DNA from: Patescibacteria group bacterium
GTDB lineage: Bacteria > Patescibacteriota > JABMPQ01
Direction: 5' to 3'
DNA: 57,063 nt
Assembly (NCBI GenBank): GCA_041749335.1
Contig: JBGTBM010000004.1
Location: 1-57,063, forward strand
The notes below the pieces were generated by a model. That model saw only the letters and a program-made list of their open reading frames with translations, searched no databases and was not told the DNA's origin. Each line of letters opens with the position of its first letter. Position 1 is the first letter of the stretch. Positions 1 through 8,467 of this stretch are shown here, piece after piece. The translations under genes were made by a program, and so were the position numbers.

Positions 1-592
1 TCCGCTGACCCACTCCGCAGATCCCCTGCAATTGCGTATCACAGGTAATGGTAGTACCGGCGGTGCAGACGTTACCGAGGCAGCCATCGTCCGGCGTGCC
101 GTTGCAGTTCTGGTCGATGCCATCCCCGCAGACTTCCGTCAGAGTCCCGGGCAAAACATTCGGAACACATTCGCCGTAACCGCTCCGGTCCGGCAAACAC
201 GTCCTAATGCCAACTGAACACACTCCTTCAAATGAAGTATAACAGGGAACTTGATCGCCCGCTTCGCATGGATTATCACATCCTTCATTAATTTGTCCAT
301 CACAGTCATTATCGATCGAATCCGAACAATATTCTTGTACATGTCCGGGATAGGTGAGAAATTCACACTCTCCCCATGCACTCCCATCATCCAAACAAAC
401 TCTCTTGCCGATCTCACACACTCCAAAAGCCCCTGTGTTACAGGAGCGGACATCACCCGGATTGCAGGCTCTATCAATTCCATTTCCATTGTTGTTATAG
501 TTATTACCACCAATAACATTATTGTTATTATCATCACAACCGGTAAAAACCATTAAACAACATAGATAAAAACCAATACTGATTCTGTGCAT
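1..592 (-). CDS. Cys/Asp-rich repeat lipoprotein (MopE-like 'putative metal-binding motif' repeats); runs off the left edge
   Basis: Not in the ORF track. My translation from ATG 592 (SD AGGAGGAG) reads MHRISIGFYLCCLMVFTGCDDNNNN...CSDSIDNDCDGQINEGC...EVCGDGIDQNCNGTPDDGC and is open to position 1. Lipobox FTG-C. Confidence 0.8.
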   Translation of the reverse strand, partial: MHRISIGFYLCCLMVFTGCDDNNNNVIGGNNYNNNGNGIDRACNPGDVRSCNTGAFGVCEIGKRVCLDDGSAWGECEFLTYPGHVQEYCSDSIDNDCDGQINEGCDNPCEAGDQVPCYTSFEGVCSVGIRTCLPDRSGYGECVPNVLPGTLTEVCGDGIDQNCNGTPDDGCLGNVCTAGTTITCDTQLQGICGVGQR

Positions 593-692
593 CCTACTCC
601 TCCTTCTGGGTTGGTTGACATCATTCAGATTTTAATTCTTCGAAATTTTTTAGCTAATTGTAAGGTTCAATCCGTACTATTCCGAACATTAC

Positions 693-721
693 ACATTAAT
701 TACTTTTATGCAAATTGTCAA
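693..721 (-). promoter_or_regulatory. sigma70-type promoter
   Basis: TTGACA (716-721), 17 nt, then TAATGT (weak -10). Confidence 0.4.
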
Positions 722-848
722 GTATTTTCAACTCTTTCAATTGCTAATAGATATTACCATTTTACAATAAAAAAAGCTCATTTGATTAGCTTGCGCCATA
801 TCATTTGAGCTTGTTGTGTTTATAAGGATCTAATATTTATCAGAAATT

Positions 849-1982
849 CTATTCAGGCGGTGGACAAGCATCACCTCCCAGGTTGCACGAAAGCAACGAG
901 GGACAAGCGGGTTCACTTTGCACATCGACATTGCACAAAAACGTATTGAGAGTGAATTGCACACACGGGTCCGGTACGAACAGCACCGACCCGGGGCTAT
1001 CCGAAGAGGCTCCCGTACGCGGCATGAACCAGTTATAACCGACCTCCGCAGGCACCGGGAAGACGACCATGTTTCCGGTCTGAATCCCCGTCACCCACAG
1101 ATTTCCTCGGCTATCGTTGGTCCAAAATTCCATCAAATGGAAGTCGGTTGCACGCTCCCCCGAAAGCCAAACCTCGTCGCCGTAGCGAGCAAGAGTCAGA
1201 CTCGGACAAGCCGGACAGCCTTCGTCCACCTGGCCGTCGCAGTCATTGTCCAGACCATCGCACATTTCGGGAGCGCCGGGATACACCGCAGCATTGCTGT
1301 CATCACAGTCAGTCGCGGTGGTATAACCGTCGCCATCCGCATCCACGGGAACGGTGCAACCCTCGTCCACCAAGCCGTTGCAGTTGTCGTCCAGCCCGTT
1401 GCCGCATACCTCGGGAGTACCCGGATGCACGTTGGGATTGGCATCGTTACAATCTCCCTGATTGGGAGTATAGCCATCCCCGTCCTGATCCAGATCGCCC
1501 GGATCGATAGTGCAACCCTCGTCCACCAAGCCGTTGCAGTTGTCGTCCAGCCCGTTGCCGCAGACTTCGGTTTGAGGTCCGACCTGTCCGAGGCACTGAT
1601 CGCCCCAGACGCCATCGGTACAAACCTGAACTCCGGCTTGACACACTCCGACGTCGGTCCCGCAAGGCCTGGACATGCCGCTTTCGCAGCCGCCGCATCC
1701 TTCGTCCACCAAACCATCGCAGTCATTGTCGTGGCCATCGCACAGCTCGGGAGCATCCGGATAAACGACGGGGTTCTCGTCGTTACAGTCGCCCTGATTG
1801 GGCGTGAACCCATCGTCGTCCCGGTCCAGATCGCCTGGATCGACATTGTTATTGTTATTTACCCCGGCATCCCCCACTGGGCACGCCGGACAATTGTCAT
1901 TGACCGGACCGCCGACATCCATGGCACAAGCGTTCAAGAAAAAGATGGAAATGAAAATGAAATAAAGATTGCGATTTCCCAT
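849..1982 (-). CDS. Lipoprotein with MopE-like Cys/Asp repeats
   Basis: Lipobox LNA-C; repeated DxDxDGY..xDCND...PE.C.G.DNxCxG.VDEGC; SD AGGAGG. Confidence 0.85.
   Translation of the reverse strand: MGNRNLYFIFISIFFLNACAMDVGGPVNDNCPACPVGDAGVNNNNNVDPGDLDRDDDGFTPNQGDCNDENPVVYPDAPELCDGHDNDCDGLVDEGCGGCESGMSRPCGTDVGVCQAGVQVCTDGVWGDQCLGQVGPQTEVCGNGLDDNCNGLVDEGCTIDPGDLDQDGDGYTPNQGDCNDANPNVHPGTPEVCGNGLDDNCNGLVDEGCTVPVDADGDGYTTATDCDDSNAAVYPGAPEMCDGLDNDCDGQVDEGCPACPSLTLARYGDEVWLSGERATDFHLMEFWTNDSRGNLWVTGIQTGNMVVFPVPAEVGYNWFMPRTGASSDSPGSVLFVPDPCVQFTLNTFLCNVDVQSEPACPSLLSCNLGGDACPPPE
1354..1562. repeat. Identical 53-bp direct repeat within the CDS (1354-1406, 1510-1562)
   Basis: gtgcaaccctcgtccaccaagccgttgcagttgtcgtccagcccgttgccgca occurs twice. 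Confidence 0.9.
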
Positions 1983-2012
1983 GTTCTTTCCTCCTGTCTG
2001 TTGTGAAAAACT

Positions 2013-3167
2013 CTAGAACTGATATCCGATAGTGAAAATTCCTCCAACTCCGAATGTCTTGTGGATCCCCCCATTCTCTGGCCAGCGTAACTGTGCCAGA
2101 AGGAGATCTGCCGACACCCGGAGATGTTTGAAAAACAAACCATAAATTCCCACTGAACCTCCCAGAATCTCGTATTCCGAAAGGTTGCGGTAGTTTAGGT
2201 TCCAATTGCCGAAAGCCGAAAGATTCATTCCCACCATCGGGTGGAAATTGATTCCCAGCCCGCCCTTGGCATAGACCGACAGCATCTGCTGCTGCGCCTC
2301 GTACCCAATGCCGCCTTCGATCTGAAGGTCAAGCCGCTCGGGTACCAGCACAAAGCCCATACCGACCATGCCGCCAAAGTTATGACGCCATGCCGGTCCA
2401 CGGCTTAGCAGGTACCAACCACCAGCCCAAATCTTGAGCCAGTCCGGCAACACTCGATCGCCGTCCTTTCCGGCAACTCCCGCCTGTCCGTCCTTACCAT
2501 CCTGGCCGCGCTCTCCATCCTTGGCCTTAGGCAGATACAGTTTGAGCTTACCATCCTGATACTCACCCCGAGGCTTTTCATCCTCGGAAAGCTGAACCAC
2601 CTCAACAGTGGTGATCTTGCTTCCCGGAGAGCCGGGCTCTCCATCTTTCGCCTTGGGCAGATACAGTGTCAGTTCGTCGTTCTGAAGCTCGGACCGAGGC
2701 TTTTCACCCGGCCGAAGCTCCACAATCTTCACCGACTTGATCTTGGGAGAATTCCCATCTTTGCCGTTGAGACCGTTGCAGACCTTGATGGTGAGCAAAC
2801 GCTTGGCGCGATCATATGTATAACCAAACTTGCGATCCGCGGGACAAATGACCTTAACTTTCATATTGGTATTTTTGATGATCTTGCCGGGTTTGCGCTT
2901 ACCGCAACCAGAAGAACCATTCCCATTGAGGGGTGTGAGCTCTGAACGCTTCGTACAGATTTCACTACTCAATCGAGCCAAGTTCGCCCTGATCAAAAAT
3001 TTCTGACGGACCAAACTTGCTTTCCTTTCTGGATCGGTAGTGATGTTGAGCTCGAGATCGATTTTTTCCAATCTCGATTTCAACACGTCGTATTCCGTAC
3101 CTTGAGCAGACACATCGTTCACATTCAAAAGCAAAAAGGAAATCGCCAAAAAAATCATTTTCTTCAT
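2013..3167 (-). CDS. Secreted protein: coiled coil, collagen-like/fibre repeats, C-terminal beta-barrel-like region
   Basis: Signal peptide (VSA-Q); GKDG/GxxG triplets; two ~42-aa repeats ending LYLPKAKDGE; alternating hydrophobic strands ending in GYQF. Confidence 0.7.
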   Translation of the reverse strand: MKKMIFLAISFLLLNVNDVSAQGTEYDVLKSRLEKIDLELNITTDPERKASLVRQKFLIRANLARLSSEICTKRSELTPLNGNGSSGCGKRKPGKIIKNTNMKVKVICPADRKFGYTYDRAKRLLTIKVCNGLNGKDGNSPKIKSVKIVELRPGEKPRSELQNDELTLYLPKAKDGEPGSPGSKITTVEVVQLSEDEKPRGEYQDGKLKLYLPKAKDGERGQDGKDGQAGVAGKDGDRVLPDWLKIWAGGWYLLSRGPAWRHNFGGMVGMGFVLVPERLDLQIEGGIGYEAQQQMLSVYAKGGLGINFHPMVGMNLSAFGNWNLNYRNLSEYEILGGSVGIYGLFFKHLRVSADLLLAQLRWPENGGIHKTFGVGGIFTIGYQF

Positions 3168-3296
3168 TTCTCTATCCTCCTGTTTGTTGTAAATTTAGAA
3201 TTTCCGATAAATTATCAACGTACTAACTTTATTTTCTCTCCGAGCCAGCAAAAATATTATTTTTTCTGATTTTGAGCAAAAATAAATTTTCATAAG

Positions 3297-3325
3297 AACT
3301 TACCATTATTCAATATTTTTGTCAA
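3297..3325 (-). promoter_or_regulatory. sigma70 promoter with extended -10
   Basis: TTGACA (3320-3325), 17 nt, TGn-TAAGTT. Confidence 0.55.
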
Positions 3326-3402
3326 GTATTTTTTCTAAAATAATACCCACTCTTTCTTTGAGTAGGTATTTAATAGGACATTAGGTCAAGGTACATCTAT
3401 TT

Positions 3403-3792
3403 TTATTTGGCACAAACAGCACAGAGGCTACTCAACAAATCAACCTGACTTTGTTCCAACTCTCCCAGTCTATGGGATATCTTTTTCACATCTTCCAGCG
3501 AAATCTTGTTGCTGTTTGTCTGCTCAATTTCTTTGTTCAGTTTTTCAACTTCACTTCGGTACTGCTGTGAATCATCACTATTACACAGGCGACCGATGCA
3601 GCCCTGATTTGCCAACACTACCTTCACCCGTAGCTTCATTTCTTGCAGCTGTTCTCGAACTTTATTGCGTTCGGCAGATGAGGTTTCTGCTTGGCCGCTG
3701 CCTTCTTTCTTTTTGCCACAGCCAGAGAAGCAGAATACTCCACAACACGATACAACCAAAAGCAAATAAATTTTGTTTCTGAAAATCTCCAT
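3403..3792 (-). CDS. Small coiled-coil lipoprotein
   Basis: Lipobox FSG-C; SD AGGAGG; helical body. Confidence 0.75.
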   Translation of the reverse strand: MEIFRNKIYLLLVVSCCGVFCFSGCGKKKEGSGQAETSSAERNKVREQLQEMKLRVKVVLANQGCIGRLCNSDDSQQYRSEVEKLNKEIEQTNSNKISLEDVKKISHRLGELEQSQVDLLSSLCAVCAK

Positions 3793-3843
3793 GACATTTC
3801 CTCCTGTCTGTCAGTGATTTTATGTGCCATCCAAAATCTTTAT

Positions 3844-3872
3844 AGCATATTATAATTTAAAATTTTTGTCAA
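3844..3872 (-). promoter_or_regulatory. sigma70 promoter
   Basis: TTGACA (3867-3872), 17 nt, TATGCT. Confidence 0.55.
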
Positions 3873-3882
3873 TAGTTATTAT

Positions 3883-3923
3883 AAAAAAAGAAGCCCACTC
3901 GTTACAAAATGTATTGAGTGGGC
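3883..3923 (-). terminator. Intrinsic terminator, shared family
   Basis: GCCCACTC...GAGTGGGC stem followed by a T-run on the minus strand. Confidence 0.75.
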
Positions 3924-3947
3924 ATAAGGGGCGGGTAAAGAGCAGAA

Positions 3948-4622
3948 TTACTGGCAGTAGCACTCGGATCCGGTTCCACAGGATGAAACCAGATAGTCTC
4001 CGGAAACTGATGCGCCGGCTAGCTGAAAGCTCCCGACGTCTGTCCAGACCTGCGTGTCGTCACGGAGGGTGAGAAACAGGTTGCCGGTGACACTGCAGCC
4101 CGGAAGTTCCAACGTGGCCGAGTTGCTCTCGACGCTGTAGGTCGCGGACGGAGCGGTAGAAATGTCCTGCTGATCCACGAAGAAACGGACCTTCGCGACT
4201 TGCTCTGGCTTGACATAGCCGAGCATTCCCTTGATGCAGCCGTCTTCACCGAGAGCGAATTGCACATCGAGCAGGATGTGACCGCAGGTGCACGTAAAGT
4301 TCATGGAGGAGCTTGCGACCGCAGGTTCATCGCTTTCCAGAAGACAGTCGAAGTACTGGAGTTCCTCGTCGTACCCGCAGGTATCACCATACGCGACGCA
4401 ATCGATCTCCTGGAGCTCGCCTTCTTCGCACCAGACGACCTTGCCGTCCTCGGTGCACTGGCCTTCGAAGCTGATACCGTTGCAGGGATCGCTGGGTTGA
4501 TCCGGGCACACCGAACATTCGGGACAGGGACGCTGCTGTTGCGGCTCGTCGCCCTGGTCCAGTCCGCAGTTCACGAAGACCACCATCGCTCCCACGAGGC
4601 TGATCGAAACCATGTTCTTCAT
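3948..4622 (-). CDS. Cys-rich lipoprotein
   Basis: Start reassigned to ATG 4622 after GAGGAGG; hydrophobic leader ending VN-C; Cys-rich module C.GISFEGQC..DG.VVWCE. Confidence 0.75.
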   Translation of the reverse strand: MKNMVSISLVGAMVVFVNCGLDQGDEPQQQRPCPECSVCPDQPSDPCNGISFEGQCTEDGKVVWCEEGELQEIDCVAYGDTCGYDEELQYFDCLLESDEPAVASSSMNFTCTCGHILLDVQFALGEDGCIKGMLGYVKPEQVAKVRFFVDQQDISTAPSATYSVESNSATLELPGCSVTGNLFLTLRDDTQVWTDVGSFQLAGASVSGDYLVSSCGTGSECYCQ

Positions 4623-4714
4623 CTTCATCCTCCTCTTTTGGCTATTTGCCAGATGTCTTTGTGATTGGTTAAAGATCTTTCCGATTTTATTATCTGTAAA
4701 ATCTTGAATATAAA

Positions 4715-4743
4715 ATGATATCATATTTATGATATTTTGTCAA
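4715..4743 (-). promoter_or_regulatory. sigma70 promoter with extended -10
   Basis: TTGACA (4738-4743), 17 nt, TGn-TATCAT. Confidence 0.65.
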
Positions 4744-4796
4744 TACTTTTTTACAAAAAATATCATGAACATACCTATTATCCATCTATTTGATAT

Positions 4797-4871
4797 AAAA
4801 AGAAAAACCCGCTCTTGGTGATACAGGATGTATCGAGCGGGTTAAGTAGGAAGGTGCGAATGTGAGGTGGG
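4797..4871 (-). terminator. 3' UTR and terminator, near-duplicate of 6005-6074
   Basis: AACCCGCTC...GAGCGGGTT stem plus T-run; 32-bp block 4834-4865 is identical to 6039-6070. Confidence 0.85.
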
Positions 4872-5486
4872 TCAGGTGTTACAGGGTTTGTAGCCGAGAC
4901 CCTCACCTGGCGTGGGCTCGCTGACACAGACATTGGATCCACGTCTCTCCGATCGAGGGGTGATCACGAGCCACTTGGATCCCTTCTTGAGCTGGAAGTT
5001 CCGGCAGTTCTCCTCCATCCGCTGAGGATCGAGACTGAACACGCCATTACTCCCCAGACCGCGATAGTAGATCCCGGGGCATCGATTGTCCCCCAGACGG
5101 CCGCCGTACTGCAGAGCCTGCCATCCCTGACAGTTCTCCGTGTAAACGACGTTGCCGACGACCCGGATCACCCTGCACTCGGACTGATCGGAACTACCGC
5201 TGCCATCGCTGGGAGGGGCGGGCGGCTTCTTGTAGGAATGCCGCCGCGTGGGAGGAGTCGGCTTCTTGCAGATCTTCTCCAGACAGTCGGCGTAGCCGTC
5301 GACGATGCCCTGGAGCGTGTTCACCTGCTGCTTGAGATCGGAGACCTGCTTCTGAAGCTTGTCGACGTCCGGCTTGACCTTGGACTTGGCTCCACTGCAG
5401 TTGCCGTCGCAGCTGCGACCCAGGTAGATGGCTCCCGCTACGAGAGCGATAACCACCACGATACTGATGATGTTTCTTCGATTCAT
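4872..5486 (-). CDS. Membrane-anchored or secreted Cys-containing protein
   Basis: N-terminal TM helix, coiled coil, Pro-rich linker, Cys-containing C-terminal domain; GC-rich codons. Confidence 0.75.
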   Translation of the reverse strand: MNRRNIISIVVVIALVAGAIYLGRSCDGNCSGAKSKVKPDVDKLQKQVSDLKQQVNTLQGIVDGYADCLEKICKKPTPPTRRHSYKKPPAPPSDGSGSSDQSECRVIRVVGNVVYTENCQGWQALQYGGRLGDNRCPGIYYRGLGSNGVFSLDPQRMEENCRNFQLKKGSKWLVITPRSERRGSNVCVSEPTPGEGLGYKPCNT

Positions 5487-5535
5487 TTCTCATTTCCTTT
5501 CTGCGGTCTTGGTTGGGGTTAAAAACACCTTGTTT

Positions 5536-5590
5536 GCTTCTCAAAACAAGCTGGAAAAAAATATTTTTTGTCCAATTTGCTTTGAGAAGC
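5536..5590. repeat. 5' leader hairpin (~55 nt)
   Basis: GCTTCTCAAA...TTTGAGAAGC inverted repeat; similar to 6994-7049. Confidence 0.8.
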
Positions 5591-5646
5591 TACCTCACAT
5601 TTTCAAAGTTCTAGATATGAAAATATAATCATTTTCAAATCATAGC

Positions 5647-5675
5647 AGTGTATCATACTATCAACTTATTGTCAA
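5647..5675 (-). promoter_or_regulatory. sigma70 promoter with extended -10
   Basis: TTGACA (5670-5675), 17 nt, TGn-TACACT. Confidence 0.65.
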
Positions 5676-6004
5676 GGCTTTTTGTCAATTTATTGTAACT
5701 AACTACTATTTTTAGGCTTATTAATAATATTATTTGGTAAATATTTAATTAACATTTTATTTAGAATTTAGTCTTTAGTCATTAGTTGCTTAGCTATTAG
5801 GAATCTATTTATATTTTCATATTTCTTACTTCATTCTTTATGCTTTATAATTTATTTTTTTTAATTCCAAATACGAAATACTTAATACTAAATTATCCTA
5901 ACTTTCAATAAAATTACTTCCTACACTATATTTTGTATTTTCGCACTTATAATGTTCAATATATAATTTCACTATTGACTAACTTACTAATGCGCTAATC
6001 CCTA

Positions 6005-6074
6005 TATAAAAGAAAAACCCACTCAATACAGAACGTACCGAGCGGGTTAAGTAGGAAGGTGCGAATGTGATGTG
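6005..6074 (-). terminator. 3' UTR and terminator, near-duplicate of 4797-4871
   Basis: AACCCGCTC...GAGTGGGTT stem plus T-run. Confidence 0.85.
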
Positions 6075-6932
6075 CTACTTGGAAGAGGCGTGCTTGATGT
6101 AGACGCCCAACGATCCGAGGAAGGCCACGCCGTGGGGTGAGCCGAGATGATGGTCACCAAAGTGATGTTGATATCCGACTCGCGCCTGATACCAAAGCAC
6201 CGCCTGCTTACCCATGCCAATCTCTCCTCGCGCTCCCAGTCCCATGTACAGCATCCCTCGTTTCTCACTGGCGGGAAACACTCCAACGTTTGTGTGGGTC
6301 TCCGAGGAGTTGAAGTATCCGGCACCGCCAAGGTAGGCCAAGGGAAAAATCCACTTGAACCCGGCGGGATGCCAAGCCACATCAACCTCCCCCATCACCT
6401 GATGCTCGGCTGCATCGTAGTAGCCGTCAGCGAGGTCATAACGGTCCTTGCCCAGCCACTGGTAGTGCAGCTGGATGTTCAACTGGTACGTGTTCTTCCC
6501 TTGCCACTGTTTGTGCAGCAGCAGATAGGGATGAACGATGCCCATGTCTCCATCCTGCAGGTCTACCAGTAGATCCAGCCGGAACGTCACGTCCACTGCC
6601 TTACCCAACTTGAGCTGAAGGGTGGGACCGAGTAGATACTCGTCCCTGTCGGTCCAGGTCTGATACTGGTACTGGAACCTGCCGCCGATGGAAACCGGCA
6701 AGCTCTTTGCGAACTGCCACCGGCCTTCGAGACAGACATCCGCGCCGGCAGTGTAGCCGGCCACACACGCTGCCAGTTCCGAGTAGTTCGTGGCTGCCGG
6801 AGCCGAGGGGCTCTTCTGGCCATTGAAGTCGTAGCGCAGCTCACCGTATCCCACGGCCGAATTCTGCGCCGCCGCATCCGAAACCAACACCATCATGACG
6901 GAAAACACAACGAACTTCGTCCAGAATTTCAT
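6075..6932 (-). CDS. Secreted protein with beta-barrel-like strand pattern
   Basis: Likely start MKFWTKF at 6932 after GGAGG; signal peptide AAA-Q; many Y/W/G-rich amphipathic strands. Confidence 0.7.
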   Translation of the reverse strand: MKFWTKFVVFSVMMVLVSDAAAQNSAVGYGELRYDFNGQKSPSAPAATNYSELAACVAGYTAGADVCLEGRWQFAKSLPVSIGGRFQYQYQTWTDRDEYLLGPTLQLKLGKAVDVTFRLDLLVDLQDGDMGIVHPYLLLHKQWQGKNTYQLNIQLHYQWLGKDRYDLADGYYDAAEHQVMGEVDVAWHPAGFKWIFPLAYLGGAGYFNSSETHTNVGVFPASEKRGMLYMGLGARGEIGMGKQAVLWYQARVGYQHHFGDHHLGSPHGVAFLGSLGVYIKHASSK

Positions 6933-6993
6933 GGAATCCTCCACCCCCGCCTTGCGGGGTCCCCTAGTAGGGGAAGCTTGGGTTTTTTAATTT

Positions 6994-7049
6994 AACTTCT
7001 CAAAGTAAACTAAGTACAATCTTTTCTACCCAATTTACTTTGAGAAGTT
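6994..7049. repeat. 5' leader hairpin (~56 nt)
   Basis: AACTTCTCAAAGTAAA...TTTACTTTGAGAAGTT, 16-bp perfect outer stem. Confidence 0.85.
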
Positions 7050-7112
7050 TTAGCACATCTTTTTAAGGAACATGCTCTTTTACATAAATAATCATTTCTA
7101 GCATATCGCAGC

Positions 7113-7141
7113 ATAGTATCATATTATTACTTTTATGTCAA
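7113..7141 (-). promoter_or_regulatory. sigma70 promoter with extended -10
   Basis: TTGACA (7136-7141), 17 nt, TGn-TACTAT. Confidence 0.65.
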
Positions 7142-7265
7142 GGGTTTTTATTATTTATTCAAATTTCTGTAATAGAATTATCCCTTTTTATGCTTTTTAA
7201 TATTTTAATAAATCCCCCTTTTAAAATGTTTCAAATCAAGATAATATTTAAACATAAATATAATT

Positions 7266-8414
7266 ATGAAAAATACATTAATAATTTCCAGCTTTTTTCC
7301 TCCTGATCACGGTGGAATACAAAATTATATTTTTAATTTCGCCAAAAGATTGCCTCATGAAAAAATCTTTATTTTAACTGACAAAAATACCAATTCATTA
7401 TCTTTTGACAATAAACAAAATTTTAAAATATATCGGAAAAGTTTTAAAAGCCCCTTGCGTTATATTAAATTATCTTCACTTGATCTGCTCTTGAAAGCCA
7501 GAAGAATTATTAACCAAAACAATATTGAACTGCTAATTGCAGGACATTTTTTCTTACCGGCGCTCACCTGCTATCTGCTTCATCGCTTAACCGGCATCCC
7601 CTATCATATTTTTACTTATGGCACCGAGATTACCGAATTGAAAAATTCTTCTGATTTAAAAAGAAAGTATATGCATAAAATCCTGGATCAAGCCGATAAA
7701 ATTTATACCATCTCGGATTATTTGAAAAATATTCTAATAGAAAATAGGGTTAAAGAGAAGATAATTATCAAAATTTATCCCGGTGTAGATACACAGCGCT
7801 TTACACCAAAAGATAATTTACTGGCCAAACAACACATTTCTAATCTTTTGAAAACAGATTTAACCGATTATAATATTATTTTAAGTTTAGGAAGATTGGT
7901 TAAAAGAAAAGGCCAAGATATGGTGATAAAGTCTTTATCAAACATATTGATAAAATTTCCTAAAACAAAATATTTAATTGTTGGAGATGGTCCCGACCGA
8001 GAATATTTAAGAAATTTAGTTAAAATAAATAATTTATCCAATTATGTAATTTTTGCCGGCGCACCTGATAATAATAATATTTTAGATTACTATCAAGCCT
8101 GTGATATTTTTTCTATGCCATCACGAACTTTAGAAAAGTCACAGGATGTTGAAGGTTTTGGGATAGTTTATTTAGAAGCGGCCGCCTGTGAAAAACCCGT
8201 TATCGCGGGTAAAGGCGGCGGAGTCGCTGAAGCCGTTTCTGAACAGACCGGCATAATTGTTGACTCCACCAACCCCGATGAAATAGCTAAGGCCATTATT
8301 TTATTGCTTGAAAATCCGCATATTGCTAAAAAATTGGGTGAGAACGGACGCCAAAGAGCAATTAAAGAGTTTAATTGGGATAAATTAGCAGAGTTATTAA
8401 AAATAAATATCTAG
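7266..8414 (+). CDS. Glycosyltransferase family 4
   Basis: FPPDHGGIQ, GRLVKRKG and EGFGIVYLEA motifs. Confidence 0.92.
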   Translation: MKNTLIISSFFPPDHGGIQNYIFNFAKRLPHEKIFILTDKNTNSLSFDNKQNFKIYRKSFKSPLRYIKLSSLDLLLKARRIINQNNIELLIAGHFFLPALTCYLLHRLTGIPYHIFTYGTEITELKNSSDLKRKYMHKILDQADKIYTISDYLKNILIENRVKEKIIIKIYPGVDTQRFTPKDNLLAKQHISNLLKTDLTDYNIILSLGRLVKRKGQDMVIKSLSNILIKFPKTKYLIVGDGPDREYLRNLVKINNLSNYVIFAGAPDNNNILDYYQACDIFSMPSRTLEKSQDVEGFGIVYLEAAACEKPVIAGKGGGVAEAVSEQTGIIVDSTNPDEIAKAIILLLENPHIAKKLGENGRQRAIKEFNWDKLAELLKINI

Positions 8415-8424
8415 TTTATTAATT

Positions 8425-8459
8425 AAAAAAACATCACTCCGTATCGTTGATGTTTTTTT
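8425..8459. terminator. Bidirectional terminator
   Basis: A7-CATCA...TGATG-T7 between convergent genes. Confidence 0.7.
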
Positions 8460-8467
8460 GTAATATA

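Noticed and set aside
918-2006. Long + strand and alternative-frame ORFs over the GC-rich genes (also 139-537, 1196-1846, 4200-4664, 6147-6572)
   Set aside because: Shadow frames of GC-rich repeat genes; the signal peptides and SD sites support the frames I called.
4797-6074. Shared 3' elements as integron attC sites (ACTTAAC fits RYYYAAC)
   Set aside because: The right end is GTTTTTC rather than GTTRRRY, the element is too short, no integrase is seen, and the units have their own promoters and terminators.
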